Shown piece after piece: positions 11,621 through 23,099 of a stretch of DNA of 64,000 bases. Below the pieces are notes generated by a model, which was not told where the DNA came from, did not search any database, and saw only the letters and a program-made list of their open reading frames with translations. Positions within the stretch are counted from its first letter, which is position 1, and every line of letters starts with the position of its first letter. Both the position numbers and the translations under genes were made by a program. Where the stretch lies: positions 10,478,001 through 10,542,000 of the forward strand of contig CM068748.1 in the NCBI GenBank assembly GCA_035084275.1. Reading direction: 5' to 3'. This stretch comes from Hydrolagus colliei. Lineage: Eukaryota.

Positions 11621-12699
11621 CTCACACAACAGGAAAACTTTCTCCAGATGTTAATGATGCCCACTTTTGCTGCCCACCGCCTGACCTGTGCCAAAGCTGT
11701 TGACATCCCATACGCAATAGAAAGGAGAAATGTGATCAAAATAAGCGATGTGTCAATCCTAGATAGGATCCCAGATGTTTTTAACCTGCTGTAGCTAGTA
11801 TTTTTTTGAAACAGAAAATGAATGAGTTTTGGAAGTTTCAAACTCTTGGGAGTTTTGTTAATAACAAATAACAAGTACAGTGTTTTCATGACTGGATCCC
11901 ATGGTATCGTGGCCTGCTCTAAAAAGGCAGATAAAGCAGACAGAGAGAGAGAGAAAAAATGCCATTGCATTTGTAGAAATCTTCCCTGCAAGATCAATTA
12001 AAATAAACTTGACAAATGTTCAGATCAGAAATTATATTATGAATATATCAAATTGATTGAGTACATTTTCCAAATTGGGAGATTATTTATCTCTTACTGT
12101 ATTGATTTGTGAGAAGACTTGTGAGAAATCTAATAATCTTCATATTGCTTCATTTTGTTTCATTTAGTTTATTTTTAATAAGTTACTCTTGGAGAACCAT
12201 AGAAACAGAATTGAAAAGATTGTTCAAGCATAAGAGTTTAATTTAAGAGCAATTAAATCACAAAAGCACCAATTCTATTGTGTGGAATTAGTTAATGAAT
12301 CCAAAGGTATTTTCTGATTGTAAGTTTGTTTAACTTCCCATGAACACAGTGAATCCCTGTTGTATTTTAATAAATTGCCTAGGAATAGTTTCTTCACTGT
12401 TTGGCGGGTGGGGTCGGGGGAGACGGATGACTACGTACAAGGGCTGGAAAATATTAGTCATGATTTCATTGAGTTATGAAATTCTGTTATGTCAATCATA
12501 TTTGAAAATGTATTGATCATCTGGCCTCCCCTCTATTTTACATTTTAAATATTTTTAGAATATTATAATTTGACAACAAAATATTAAGTATAATATAATA
12601 TTAAGTATTAAAGAATACTCTACTCTTTTGTGATGCTGCTTTAGTGTTTTATGTTTGTATAAGAATATTGTTTTATATAATAGGAAGTTTTTTTTGCAC

Positions 12700-12970
12700 A
12701 TTTTGCGTTTGATATCATGTCTGCTAGACGTCTCAAAGCACTTCACAGAATATACTGTAAAGTGAATTGACTGTACATATGTGGGTAGATCGTGGCAGCC
12801 AATTGTGCACAGTAGTGTCCCACAAACAATATCGGATTGAAAAGACCAATTTTTTTTAGGGATTATTATCAAGCATGTAGAGTAAGAAAATTTGCCCAAG
12901 GATTCTTGGCTGGAAATGAACCCAAGTCTCTCGCTTGTAAGGCGAGTGCTCTAACCGCAGTTATCAAGAC
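12700..12970 (-). mobile_element. tRNA-derived SINE (family of 6079-6381)
   Basis: Reverse complement of head (ggttagagcactcgccttacaagcgagag), core and tail. Confidence 0.8.
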
Positions 12971-14440
12971 TGTTATTGATACACTTTATACTTGATATCT
13001 TTAGTTATGTGCTTATGCCACAAAAATCAATAACTAGTACAACGAGACATTGCATTTGAACAGGATACTAAGAAGTATTGGTTTAATAAGGAATCCGGTT
13101 CTTGGAGAAACGTTAATAGTAGCTAAATTATAATTTGGTATTCAGTAGATTATCAGAGATGATTTCCTAACTGTGTTTTTACTGTAGCAAAGTAATAATG
13201 CTTTATATTATATACCTTCACAATAAATATTTTAAAAAAGCAAATGATCATTGCATTTATTTTCTGCTAACTACATCAGTATTGGAATATTGCTTTGCCA
13301 AATTATTTAGAAGTTCAATGGTTATTTTTGATACTACTACACCAGGACCTATTCTGATACTGCTACACCAGGATATTGTATGTTGATGAAATATATTGGT
13401 ATTTTAAAAAAAACTTCACTGTAATTATATGAGCATTTTATTGGGTAAATCAAAATATTGTATTAAGCAAATTTTCAGCGTAATCAGCAAAAAAAAATTC
13501 TAAATTTGAAAATTAACCTACATTGGGGCTTGGTTTACCATAAAATTCTGTATCTTAAGTTTTTTTTCCTGTTTTTAAATGGACTTTCCTGTAGCTGTGA
13601 AATGTAACACAGTCTCCTTATGTCCAGAATCAACACTCATTTGAAAAGTTGAAGCGCATCTCGCGCTTATTAATATATTACAAATTTCCTATGTATTGCC
13701 TATTGTCCTGATCAGCCTGTTTTGAGTGGTTGAAGCACTTGCTAGTCTAGAAGAATATGTATTAAATACACAGAAATTCGCAGCTACGAATTATGCAAGA
13801 TTCAGGGCAAAGGGGAATGCTAGTTATAATTTCAGCCATCCATGTAAATGAACTGCATGGCTGCAATTATATAGGTAAGACTCAGCAATGATTATATAGA
13901 GGGCCAAGATTTTAAATGTTGGTTTACTACACAAAAGGAACTGTTTCAATGAAATGAAGACTAATTGGATAGGTAGATATTCTTTTCTTGGTGGTGTACT
14001 TAAGGGTCTTTGAAGTATACCCTCATCTATAAGACAAAAAGCAAGCACAACTCAATTTACTAAAAACATCTAGACATGATTACCCATTGATTTGCACCGG
14101 TGCAAATGTTTGTGTTTTGTGTGGGAGTTTCCATTGATTTATCTGAAGTTTTATGTTACTGTTATTGCTATAGCTTCTACGTTTTCTGTGTTACACTTCA
14201 AATTTTTGAAGGAATGATGTATAACCACATCATCTTATAGCTAAAAGTATATATTGATCTGGAATATGTTCAATATATACTTTTTTGAAATACAGAACAT
14301 TTTATTTTTACTTAAGTATGCTTATCTGTCTAAGGGATTTATTACATTGGATCTCATTCTCAGTTTTTGCATGTAATTTGAATTTAAATGAAACTGAATA
14401 TCACTTGTATTTATTTATTCTTTTTATAATTACAGGGAAT

Positions 14441-14461
14441 ATGAAAGAGGTGTCAACATGA
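14441..14461 (+). other. uORF MKEVST* whose TGA overlaps the WAPL ATG
   Basis: ATG AAA GAG GTG TCA ACA TGA; the main ATG is 14458-14460. Confidence 0.7.
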
Positions 14462-14962
14462 CGTCAAGATATGGGAAAACCTACAGCAGGAAAGGAAGCA
14501 ATAGCAACTCAAAATTTGATGAGGTGTTCTCTGGTAAACGAGCTAAAATAAGCACAAAATGGGGAGAAACCACCTTCAAGGCTCAGGTGGGCCAGAAGAG
14601 GCCCAATTTGAAACCAGAACCAGTGGAGCCACCAAAGCGGCAGAAAGTTGAGGAGGAATTGTCAGAGGACCCTTTTGGGTTTGACAGTGATGATGAATCG
14701 CTACCTGTCTCATCGCGGAATATCACCCCATCAAAGGGGCAGCAATCTGTGGAGTCTTTGAAATCAACAGATGTGGATAATGTAACCACTCTGCTAGAGG
14801 CCAACAGTCGAATCAGCCAACCAAACAGTGGTGATGCTATTGCGTCTAGCAAGTCAGCATCTTTGGATGCGGCAATTCAGCAGAGGAGTACAATCAAAAA
14901 TTTTAGTGGGTTTTCTGATGATGGAGGAATAAAAGTCCCTGGCACGAAATTGAACACTATAG
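14458..14962 (+). CDS. WAPL: WAPL exon 2 (first coding exon; exon starts 14436)
   Basis: MTSRYGKTYSRKG... (YSR motif), DPFGFDSDD (FGF motif 1). Acceptor tacag| at 14435, donor AG|gtaagt, ends phase 1. Confidence 0.97.
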
Positions 14963-15219
14963 GTAAGTCTGTGTATAGTATTTTTCTTTTATAAGCAGTT
15001 AATTCCTCTTAAATTAAGTGGAATTTTCCAGCAAAGAAATGTTCTTGAATGTCCAGAAAGATTATATTTTATAGTGAAAACAAGTAGCTGGATAAAATGA
15101 TTTTAAAAAAAATGTATAGTCATTATACATTAGATAACTACTTTTGACTTCAAATTTCTGTAGTTTAAAATATATAATGGTATTAATAATGGCTACTAAT
15201 ATGAAAAGTTATAGCTATA

Positions 15220-15620
15220 GAACAAATTTCCATTGGAACAGAGGAGATTACGAGGGTACCTCAAACTTCTGAAGAGTTAAGAGGCTAGTGAAAGATTGAA
15301 ATTTTTGTAACTTGTTTGTTTGTGTGTGTATGCTGCATTGGTTTGTGCTTCAAAATATGATCACATATGATACCACTGTTTGACAAATTGGTAACATGTG
15401 GCATAAATTCAGAACTGACATTGGAACAATTGAGAAGAAAAGTTTTCACTCAGAACATTATCAAACTATTGAATGGTGTTTCACAAATGGTTATTGAGAC
15501 TAGCACCATAACATTTTTTTGTGATTGAGTGTGTGTGTTATAGTGGTTATTGTTTCAATATATGATGGCAGATGAGACAGATGGACTGGTGCAAAATTGG
15601 TTTATAGGCTGACCTGAGTT
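15220..15620 (+). mobile_element. Decayed CR1 LINE 3' fragment
   Basis: ttggaacagaggagattacgagg.., agaagaaaagttttcactcagaac.. resemble the CR1 motifs LEQRRLRG and RRNFFTQR. Confidence 0.5.
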
Positions 15621-16454
15621 CAATCTACTATTTTAATGTATCTCTCCAAATTAATTTCATTATCTAGTGTTCATCACATTTCAGCTCAACTATGGAACTC
15701 GCTGCTTGTTGTCCTTCCAAACTCTTCCCTCCATAAGCTGCAGATCATCCAGAACTCTGCAGCATGTACCCTCTCCCACACCAGGATCCGTGATTTACCT
15801 TGTGCAAATACTAAAAAAAAATATTTTACTAAATAGTATTTGGGACTTTTGAGAGAGAACACAAAAATTTAGTCAAAGTAGAAATACTGACCTCCCTCTT
15901 TCCCTTCCCAATGTGAGACATTTAAAGGGTTTAGGTTATTTTCAGGACCTAATTATCATCCTTGCTAATATTCCCTGAATTAGATCAGGAATGTTCTAGT
16001 CCTATATGGTTGCTTTAGCAACTAAATCATCAGTGGACCTTTGGGGTGAAAGCAGCCTAAATCTGTAATACTAACCTCTTGTAATTTAAAGTGTGTTTCT
16101 TTTGTACCACAAGGAATGAAAGTTCTGTATAAATATTAAATTGAACTAACCCTTATTTGTTATTTTTGGGAATAAAAGGTGGTGATGATCGTGAGCTGTT
16201 TTTACCAAATGATGCCACATTATTCTGGTGTATATATTTGGTAAATGTTTTGTTAATGAAGTATAATAGTAGTTTATGTGAAAGTTTGGTTAAAGTTGGA
16301 TAAAATATAACAGAGGGACTTTGTTCCTTTTGTGCTACCATTATTTATGTGGCATCTAGCTTACAGGCAGAGGCAATTCTGACTAGAAAGGTCCCACCAA
16401 CACTCAGCAAGATCGAAAGAATCAAAACGGGTAGCATATTTGTGAAGTGCTGTA

Positions 16455-16800
16455 TTGTCGTGGTTAGTGCATCCGCCTTGCAAACGAGGAGCTGGGTTCG
16501 ATTTTTAGGTGGGGCAAAACCTTAGGCAAGTTTTCTTACTTCACACATCTCTGTTTACTTCCCAGAAAGTAGGACTTGGTTGCTAGTTGATTTGTCGGAT
16601 CGCTTTCTGGGTGGATCAAATGTTAACAAAAGGTGATTTTTTCCCCCCCTCCCCCCCTGTCCCATAAATATTTGGTCGCTAAATCCATAATTGCTTGTAG
16701 GATACTGTTGTGAGCAATTGGTGGCTGCTTTTTGCCCACAAAATACAGTCAATCCATTTTACAATATATTATGTGAAGTGCAAATGCAAGGATTATTGTT
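16455..16800 (+). mobile_element. tRNA-derived SINE (family of 6079-6381, longer core)
   Basis: gtggttagtgcatccgccttgcaaacgagg..ggttcgatt..ggcaagtttt..; tail aaatgcaaggattattgtt. Confidence 0.75.
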
Positions 16801-19379
16801 TGATATGCCAAATGCTTGTCTGTTTTGAAAGCCATTTATTTGTCTTTTTTAGTTGTCCATTTATTTTTCTAGCTTGCCTGTAACCCATATAAGGGAAGAT
16901 CTGAGAGCAACAAAATCAAATAACTGAACTTACACAGCTTTGTGAACATGTAATTTGGGTGGTCTTCTGTTATGGGATCCACCCTGTGGTTTGAACGGCA
17001 AATTCCAGAGCAACAGGACTGCAGACCCTTGCAGACATGTTTATACTTGACACAGTTTTGTGATATGGTTGCATTATTTGAAGTGAATTCTCACTGCCTT
17101 CACATTCACCAATGGGTACCTGTTGTCCATTATTGTAACATATTTGGTCCAAAGGGTCCTCATTTAGTGAGTACTATGTACAGTTGAGTGTTCATTGTGA
17201 TGAACGTATTATAGCTTGTTGGATACTATTTCTCTTTGGAATTACAAATAGGAGTTGAATTTAGCAGGATGGTCCTAATACTTTGGGCCAACTGGCTTCT
17301 GTTTTTTGGATGAGTCTGCTGTGAACATCAATGAATGGGGTAGAAGTAACTAAACATCCCAGTGTTAATTAAATAAAAAGTGGAGTGCACAATAGGTAAA
17401 ACATCCCGATGCTAATTAAATAAGTGGTTGGAAAAATCATTGGAAAATGTGAAAATCTTGTGTGTTTTTCCAATGCCAGCGGATGTCGAAATTAATATAC
17501 AGGAAAACTTGCCTATGTCATATATTTACGATAGTCTCCTTCAATTTCCTAATTCAATCCATTTAAATTCTGAATCAGCTATGTGGCTTAATATCTGGCA
17601 ATCTTTCCTGCAGCCAGATAATGAGCAATAGGGTCAAATGAGAAAGAGGAACAAGGGGAGAGAGAGTAATATGAGGGAGAGGGGGGAGTGGTATGTGTGT
17701 GTGTGTGAGAAGGCATGAATGGGTGAGGGAAAAGGTGAGAGATGGGGTGAAGTGTTTGTGATTTTCAAACAGGGCATCTGGCCCTCTGCAACGAAAGGTT
17801 AAACCCCCCTGCTCCATGTGAAACAATGTTTGTAAGACTTGGGTAAATATACAACTTAAGCAGTTTTGAAACTTGTTTGGTTTTACAATTCAAGATACAG
17901 TGCATGTTTTCTGCACATGAGGTGCAGTACTACATGTAAATGGAAGGAATGGACTACAATAGCTTCAATATGCATGGGTTACATATGGTACTCAAACCTT
18001 GCCTTAATGTTATCAGCCAGTACAGTACTTGTGTGTGTTTTTTTTGTGTGTTAGTCATATAAATTCCAACCTCTACATAACTTTTGATACGTTTTATGAT
18101 ACAACTTGCGAAAGTTTGCTATAATTCCTACTTTGCATAAGTCATATTAATTGTTATGGTCCCAACTGATATGACTTATGTTATTTTACCAATATAATGT
18201 GAATCTGGATTATGTAAACAAACACAATATTCAGCAACAGATTTGCCATTAAAACAAGGTAGCTATTATTTTGAGGTTAGAGGATTGAACCAAAAAAATT
18301 GTTTTTTTTAATTAAAAACAAATACATGAGCAAAGTCCTGTGCACTCGTGACTATGAGAAGTCATGATAGCCTGAACCTAGTCTTTTTATATATAGTACT
18401 TGTGTTGCAGGGATCAGTAATGCAGCAAAAATATGTGTATGGTAGGGAAACTTTAAATTTGGAGGAGTGGAAGTATTTGGAAGTGGGAAAGGAGAATATT
18501 TCAATGTACCATTTTGGGGTGGGTAGGGATGCAAATTTAAATTTTAATCTAATAGCATATTCATATTGTGGGATGCTGCAGAGAAACTTGAAACGATCAA
18601 TGTGCAGCAGTTGGCCACAGAACTTCCTCCTTGTAAGATTGCTGCAGTTTTGAGCCAAGTGATCCATTGACATTTATGAGTAACCTGAGGGATTATCCTG
18701 TTTCCAGATTTAAAAAAAAATGTGGTCTACTCTCTTGAATGCATTACCCCCTGCTTCATTTACAATCCTACTGCCGGTGGCAGGGCTGAAATTAAAAGAA
18801 AAACACAAAAAAAGCTTCCCTTCTACTATCTGGCAACAGTAGCAGACATTTTGTTTCTTGGCATAGACTAGCAACATTTGGATCACTGATAGTTATTTTT
18901 GACACTACATGCCTATAACCTGACCTTGCAAATAATTGAGGGAAGATGTATATCAAGAAAACTGAAGTCAGTTGCTAACTTTTGTAAAATCGGTCTTGCA
19001 CATAAATTTCCAGAGGCTGCTTTGCAGCGTCATGGGTTGTACATCCTTGTTCTGAGTTACACCCTTAATTCTTCTAATTTTCTGGAGATTGACTGCTCCT
19101 ACATGAGAAATAGGCTTTTCTCTGTTAATCAATTAGTTCCATTTTGTTTTGGGCTTTTATCTGCCTCCCTTTTTTTCTCCCCTTTGTTTGAAGAGATACT
19201 GTATGGTTTCACTGAAGTGGTGATCACCAATAACAACTATAGGGTGTGATATAGCAATCATCCTATTACATTTCTAAACATCTCTTGGATATTTGTAAGC
19301 ATTACCCATAAACTGCCCAAATAATGTGATAGAATAATTTCTTACCATCCCAGTTTGTACCTGACCTCCCAAGACAAAT

Positions 19380-20070
19380 GCAGAGTTGCATTGCTAATCT
19401 GATTAGTGATGGATATACCATTTCTTTCACCTTTATTCTGAAGGTTTTATGTAGCAGCTGTCCCTGCTTGCCACCTGCCCTTGGCCCAAGAAACCCTGTT
19501 GAGAAATGATGTGCAAATTCTTGAAGGGTGCCTGGAAGGTCAAATTTTTATTCACTGCTTCGGGTATGAATCTGGTTCTGAGCAAGCTGGTCGCAGAACC
19601 ATTTGCACCTGTGGGTTTGTCAGATCAAGTTTCTTACACTTGAATCTGTTGTTTTGCTAGTTCATTTCAACACAAAGATTAATAAACATGTCTCATTGGT
19701 CGATCCATTGCATTCAATATTCTACACTTGCCCCAAAATACTGTAACTCCACTTTACAGTGCATCCTGTAAAGCGCTTTGAAACTTCTTCGCAATGAGTA
19801 TTGTTGTTATTATCTGAGCATTACCTTGTGTCAGTGAAAATTATCTTCTAGCTTCACTTGGACTAACACTTTCATCTGCCATGATAGTTTTATTGAAAGG
19901 AAATGTTTCTTGATGATTGTGCTCAGAGCCTAAGCTTTCTGTATAGAAGTAAAACAACTTATCCAACAATGAATTTCCAACTTAAGAAGACCACAGCATT
20001 GGAAATAGTGCCAGCTGGCAGTTGGAGCCTTCACTGGTGTGGCTTCTTCACATCATCACAATTGAACCCA
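19380..20070 (+). mobile_element. Decayed DIRS-like retrotransposon, tyrosine recombinase region
   Basis: Collinear frameshifted peptides LKV-YVAAVPACH (19438-19474), KFLKGAWKV (19515), MNLVLSKLVAEPFAPV (19566), IKFLTLESVVLL (19624), VLRA* (about 19920) and HSIG (19992) follow the DIRS YR motif order. Interrupted by a SINE tail at about 19740-19815. Confidence 0.65.
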
Positions 20071-20851
20071 GTATCGTCTTGAAATGAAACCATTGCAAAT
20101 TTAACTGAATTTCATTTTGACTTCAGCATTCCAAACCTATTTAAAATAAACTGTATTTGCTTCCTGTTTTACAGGAAAACTTATACAGAAGTAAATATAC
20201 TTTATTTCTTTGTATTCATTTATTTTCGACAAGTGGGAACAGATTTACAAATTGTTTCTTTTTAAGGTATCTGTGGAATTGTCACCTTGACAACTTGAGT
20301 GGTAGCAAAGATACAATACACAAGGTGACTCTGCTCCATCGTTCAGTTAACCATTATCAATATACGGCCATGAGGGTTATTTAATGGATTTATCAAAGGA
20401 GAGAAATTACATTTTAGTCAACATGTTTCTTGTGTGTTATTACTACTGCTATCAGATTTGTAAACAACTATATGTTAATGTTTTTAACAAACATTACTTT
20501 GACAGAATCTACAATTGCATTTCTGGTGTAATGATTATATGCAAGGAAACTTATGTGAGCAGCAGCTTAGAAAATGTTTGGACCTGATTATTGAACTCCA
20601 GTTTGAATTACAAACATATTGGACATAGTGGGGAAAGTTTATAAACAATTGTGGGGAAGTTAATGAAATGTGGATCAACAGAACAGAAGTTCATGAATCT
20701 TGGGCATAATAGATTTCTCACAGTTAAAAGTCCATTCTGCACTGATTAATGGTCAAATTGTATTGAAATATTTCTCTTATGTATAATAAGATTTTAGATT
20801 TATGACAATTAAAAAAAAATGCATGTTGTAATCTTAGTAACATGCACCTAC

Positions 20852-21691
20852 GAGGGAACGGCGATATATCGGTATATCGCTAAAACCCGATATGATTTTC
20901 ATATCGATATGCCGATATAGACATTTTAAAAATATAGATATATCGAAAAACGATATATCGAGGTAAAAAATCGGGATGCGAGCACAATCAACTACAAGAC
21001 CCAGAATGCTCATCTTTATACACAATGCACAGACCGAGGTGCAAAGCCGCCATCTTGTATTCATAGTCCTCGAATACAATATACAGGTATGCAAGGCGTG
21101 GGGGGAGAGAGACGGCTGTGGGTGAGGGGGAGAGAGACTGCTGGGGGGAGGGGGAGAGAGACGGCTGGGGGGGGAGGGAGAGAGAGACGGCGGGGGAGGG
21201 GAGGAGAGGGGGAGAGAGACGGCTGGGGGGGGGGAGGGAGAGAGAGACTGCGGGGGGGGGAGGGGAGGGAGAAAGAGACGGCTGGGGGGGGGGGGGGGGG
21301 GGGAGAGAGACGACGGGGGTGGGGGGTGCGAGAGAGGGACGGCGGGGGGGTGGGGGGGGGGGAGACACGAGGTGGATGTGATAATATACAGATAGATAGA
21401 GATGGGGGGGGATGTGAGAGAGGAGAGAGACATAGAGAGACATAGAGAGACACAGAGAGACACAGACAGAAAAACACAGAGATGGAGAGAGTGAGAGACA
21501 CAGAGAGAGAAAGATATTTACCTCCTGAGAAGATAGGCCTGGAATGCGCGCGCACCCGGAATGCGCGCGCACTCTGATGCGCGCGCGCATGCGCAGTACG
21601 AAAAAACTAAAATTATCGATATTTCGGTATATCTCGATATGAGCCAACCGATATATCCACATCCCAAAAATTCCCATATCGCCGTTCCCTA
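20852..21691. mobile_element. Non-autonomous hAT-type MITE, copy 2, with internal GA-rich minisatellite
   Basis: TIRs GAGGGAACGGCGATAT / (rc) TAGGGAACGGCGATAT. Perfect 8-bp TSD GCACCTAC (20844-20851, 21692-21699). Internal (G)nAGAGAGACGGCT repeats at about 21100-21510. Confidence 0.9.
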
Positions 21692-21725
21692 GCACCTACC
21701 ATTATAAACTTGTGAAATGATAGGA

Positions 21726-21923
21726 CAGTAAAAGCTCGTTTATCCGGCACCCTTGGGACCTGGACAATGCCGGTTAAAGCGCATGCCGGATAATCGGCCG
21801 AAAATGGAAAGAAAAGCATTTTTCCGGATAAATTCCGATTAATCGAAGGCGGACCTTTTTTTTGCGATGCCGGTTATACAGAAGTTATGGTTGATTAGGT
21901 GCTGGATGAACGGGCTTTTATTG
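21726..21923. mobile_element. Tc1/mariner (Tigger/pogo-like) MITE, short copy
   Basis: TIRs CAGTAAAAGCTCGTTTATCC / GGATGAACGGGCTTTTATTG, right flank TA. Related to the 47154 and 50408 copies. Confidence 0.8.
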
Positions 21924-22037
21924 TATTTCTGTTGCCTTAATTATGCAACTCATCTGTTACAGGCCATAAGGATTTAACTAATCATTTTATATACATGTTG
22001 TTTCATCTAAATTTGTTTGAACATTTTTATTTTACAG

Positions 22038-23099
22038 AAGGGAAGCACCAAGATCCAATAGGAGAGGAGATTGCAAAGAACAGTTTTTCTAAGAACAAGA
22101 ATATAATTGATAATGAGAAGAAATCAAATGTACCCAGTGCAGTACTGTCCGAGTTTAAAACTGATATCAAAAACACGTGTGATAGTTGGGATGAAATCAT
22201 GAAGAGCTCAGGGTCACTCTCTGATTCACCTCAGATGGAATTCAAGCCATGGGTTGGTGGATTGGGCCGTATAACGTGTATTAAAGATGATAGCTTGGAT
22301 AGTGATGAGGGCAGGATGGGAATGGCTGCCCGGATTCTTGAAGACAATGAACCAAACAAAGGAGAGATTTATGGTAAGGGCAATGATCTCAGCTTGAAGG
22401 ATGAGGATATAGAGAATGACTCTCAGCCCATTAGGTCAAACTGCAGGACATATTGTAGGTCAAATAAAGGAAAACAGTCACCAGGAAGCGCTGGAATGTC
22501 GTCTTTTGACAAACTAGTTGATGGTCCTGCAAAATCCTCACAAACTGACCCAGTATTGAGTAAAGATAGTCTAAAATCAGACACCAAAATCTCATCAGGT
22601 ACACCAGGGAAGACTTCCACATCTCGGACTGCAAGAGACACCATCACATTACCCTCATCATATCTGTCACCTTGCAACGTCACACTTCAGGACACCACAG
22701 ACCGGAGCATGGACGAGTTTACCACAAGCCCAGCAGATCTGGGAGAGGCAGGCCGGCTGAGGAAAAAAACAGAAACTGCATCAGGCAAAACTACTGTTAG
22801 GTTCCGACCAACCATGTCCAAATCTAAGAAAGATGCAAAGCTGGAGTTTTTTGGTTTTGATGAACAGGATGAGCAGGAAGGGATTGAAGGTTCATTTGGA
22901 GCCAACTATAAAATCAAGTATTTTGGCTTTGATGATCTAAGTGAAAGCTCCGATGAGGATGAGGATTCTCATTCGGAGGGTAAACCCAAGAAAAAAGCTG
23001 GAAACCGAATGGGTGAAACTCAGTCAGTCTTCTCAAGCTCTGAATCAGCTGAAGAGTCCCAAGGAAGCCAGCCTCTGTCTCAGAGCAGCTCCACTTCAG
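22038..23099 (+). CDS. WAPL: WAPL exon 3
   Basis: tttacag| acceptor, G|gtaagt donor, 1062 nt, phase 1-1. Encodes RTYCR, ADLGEAGRLRKK, LEFFGFDE and KYFGFDDL (FGF motifs 2 and 3). Confidence 0.96.

Noticed and set aside
20834-21695. ORFs up to 235 aa
   Set aside because: Low-complexity translation of the MITE-internal GA repeat; no transposase motifs.
14583-22905. Antisense ORFs over exons 2 and 3
   Set aside because: Shadow frames of the WAPL coding sequence with no independent support.
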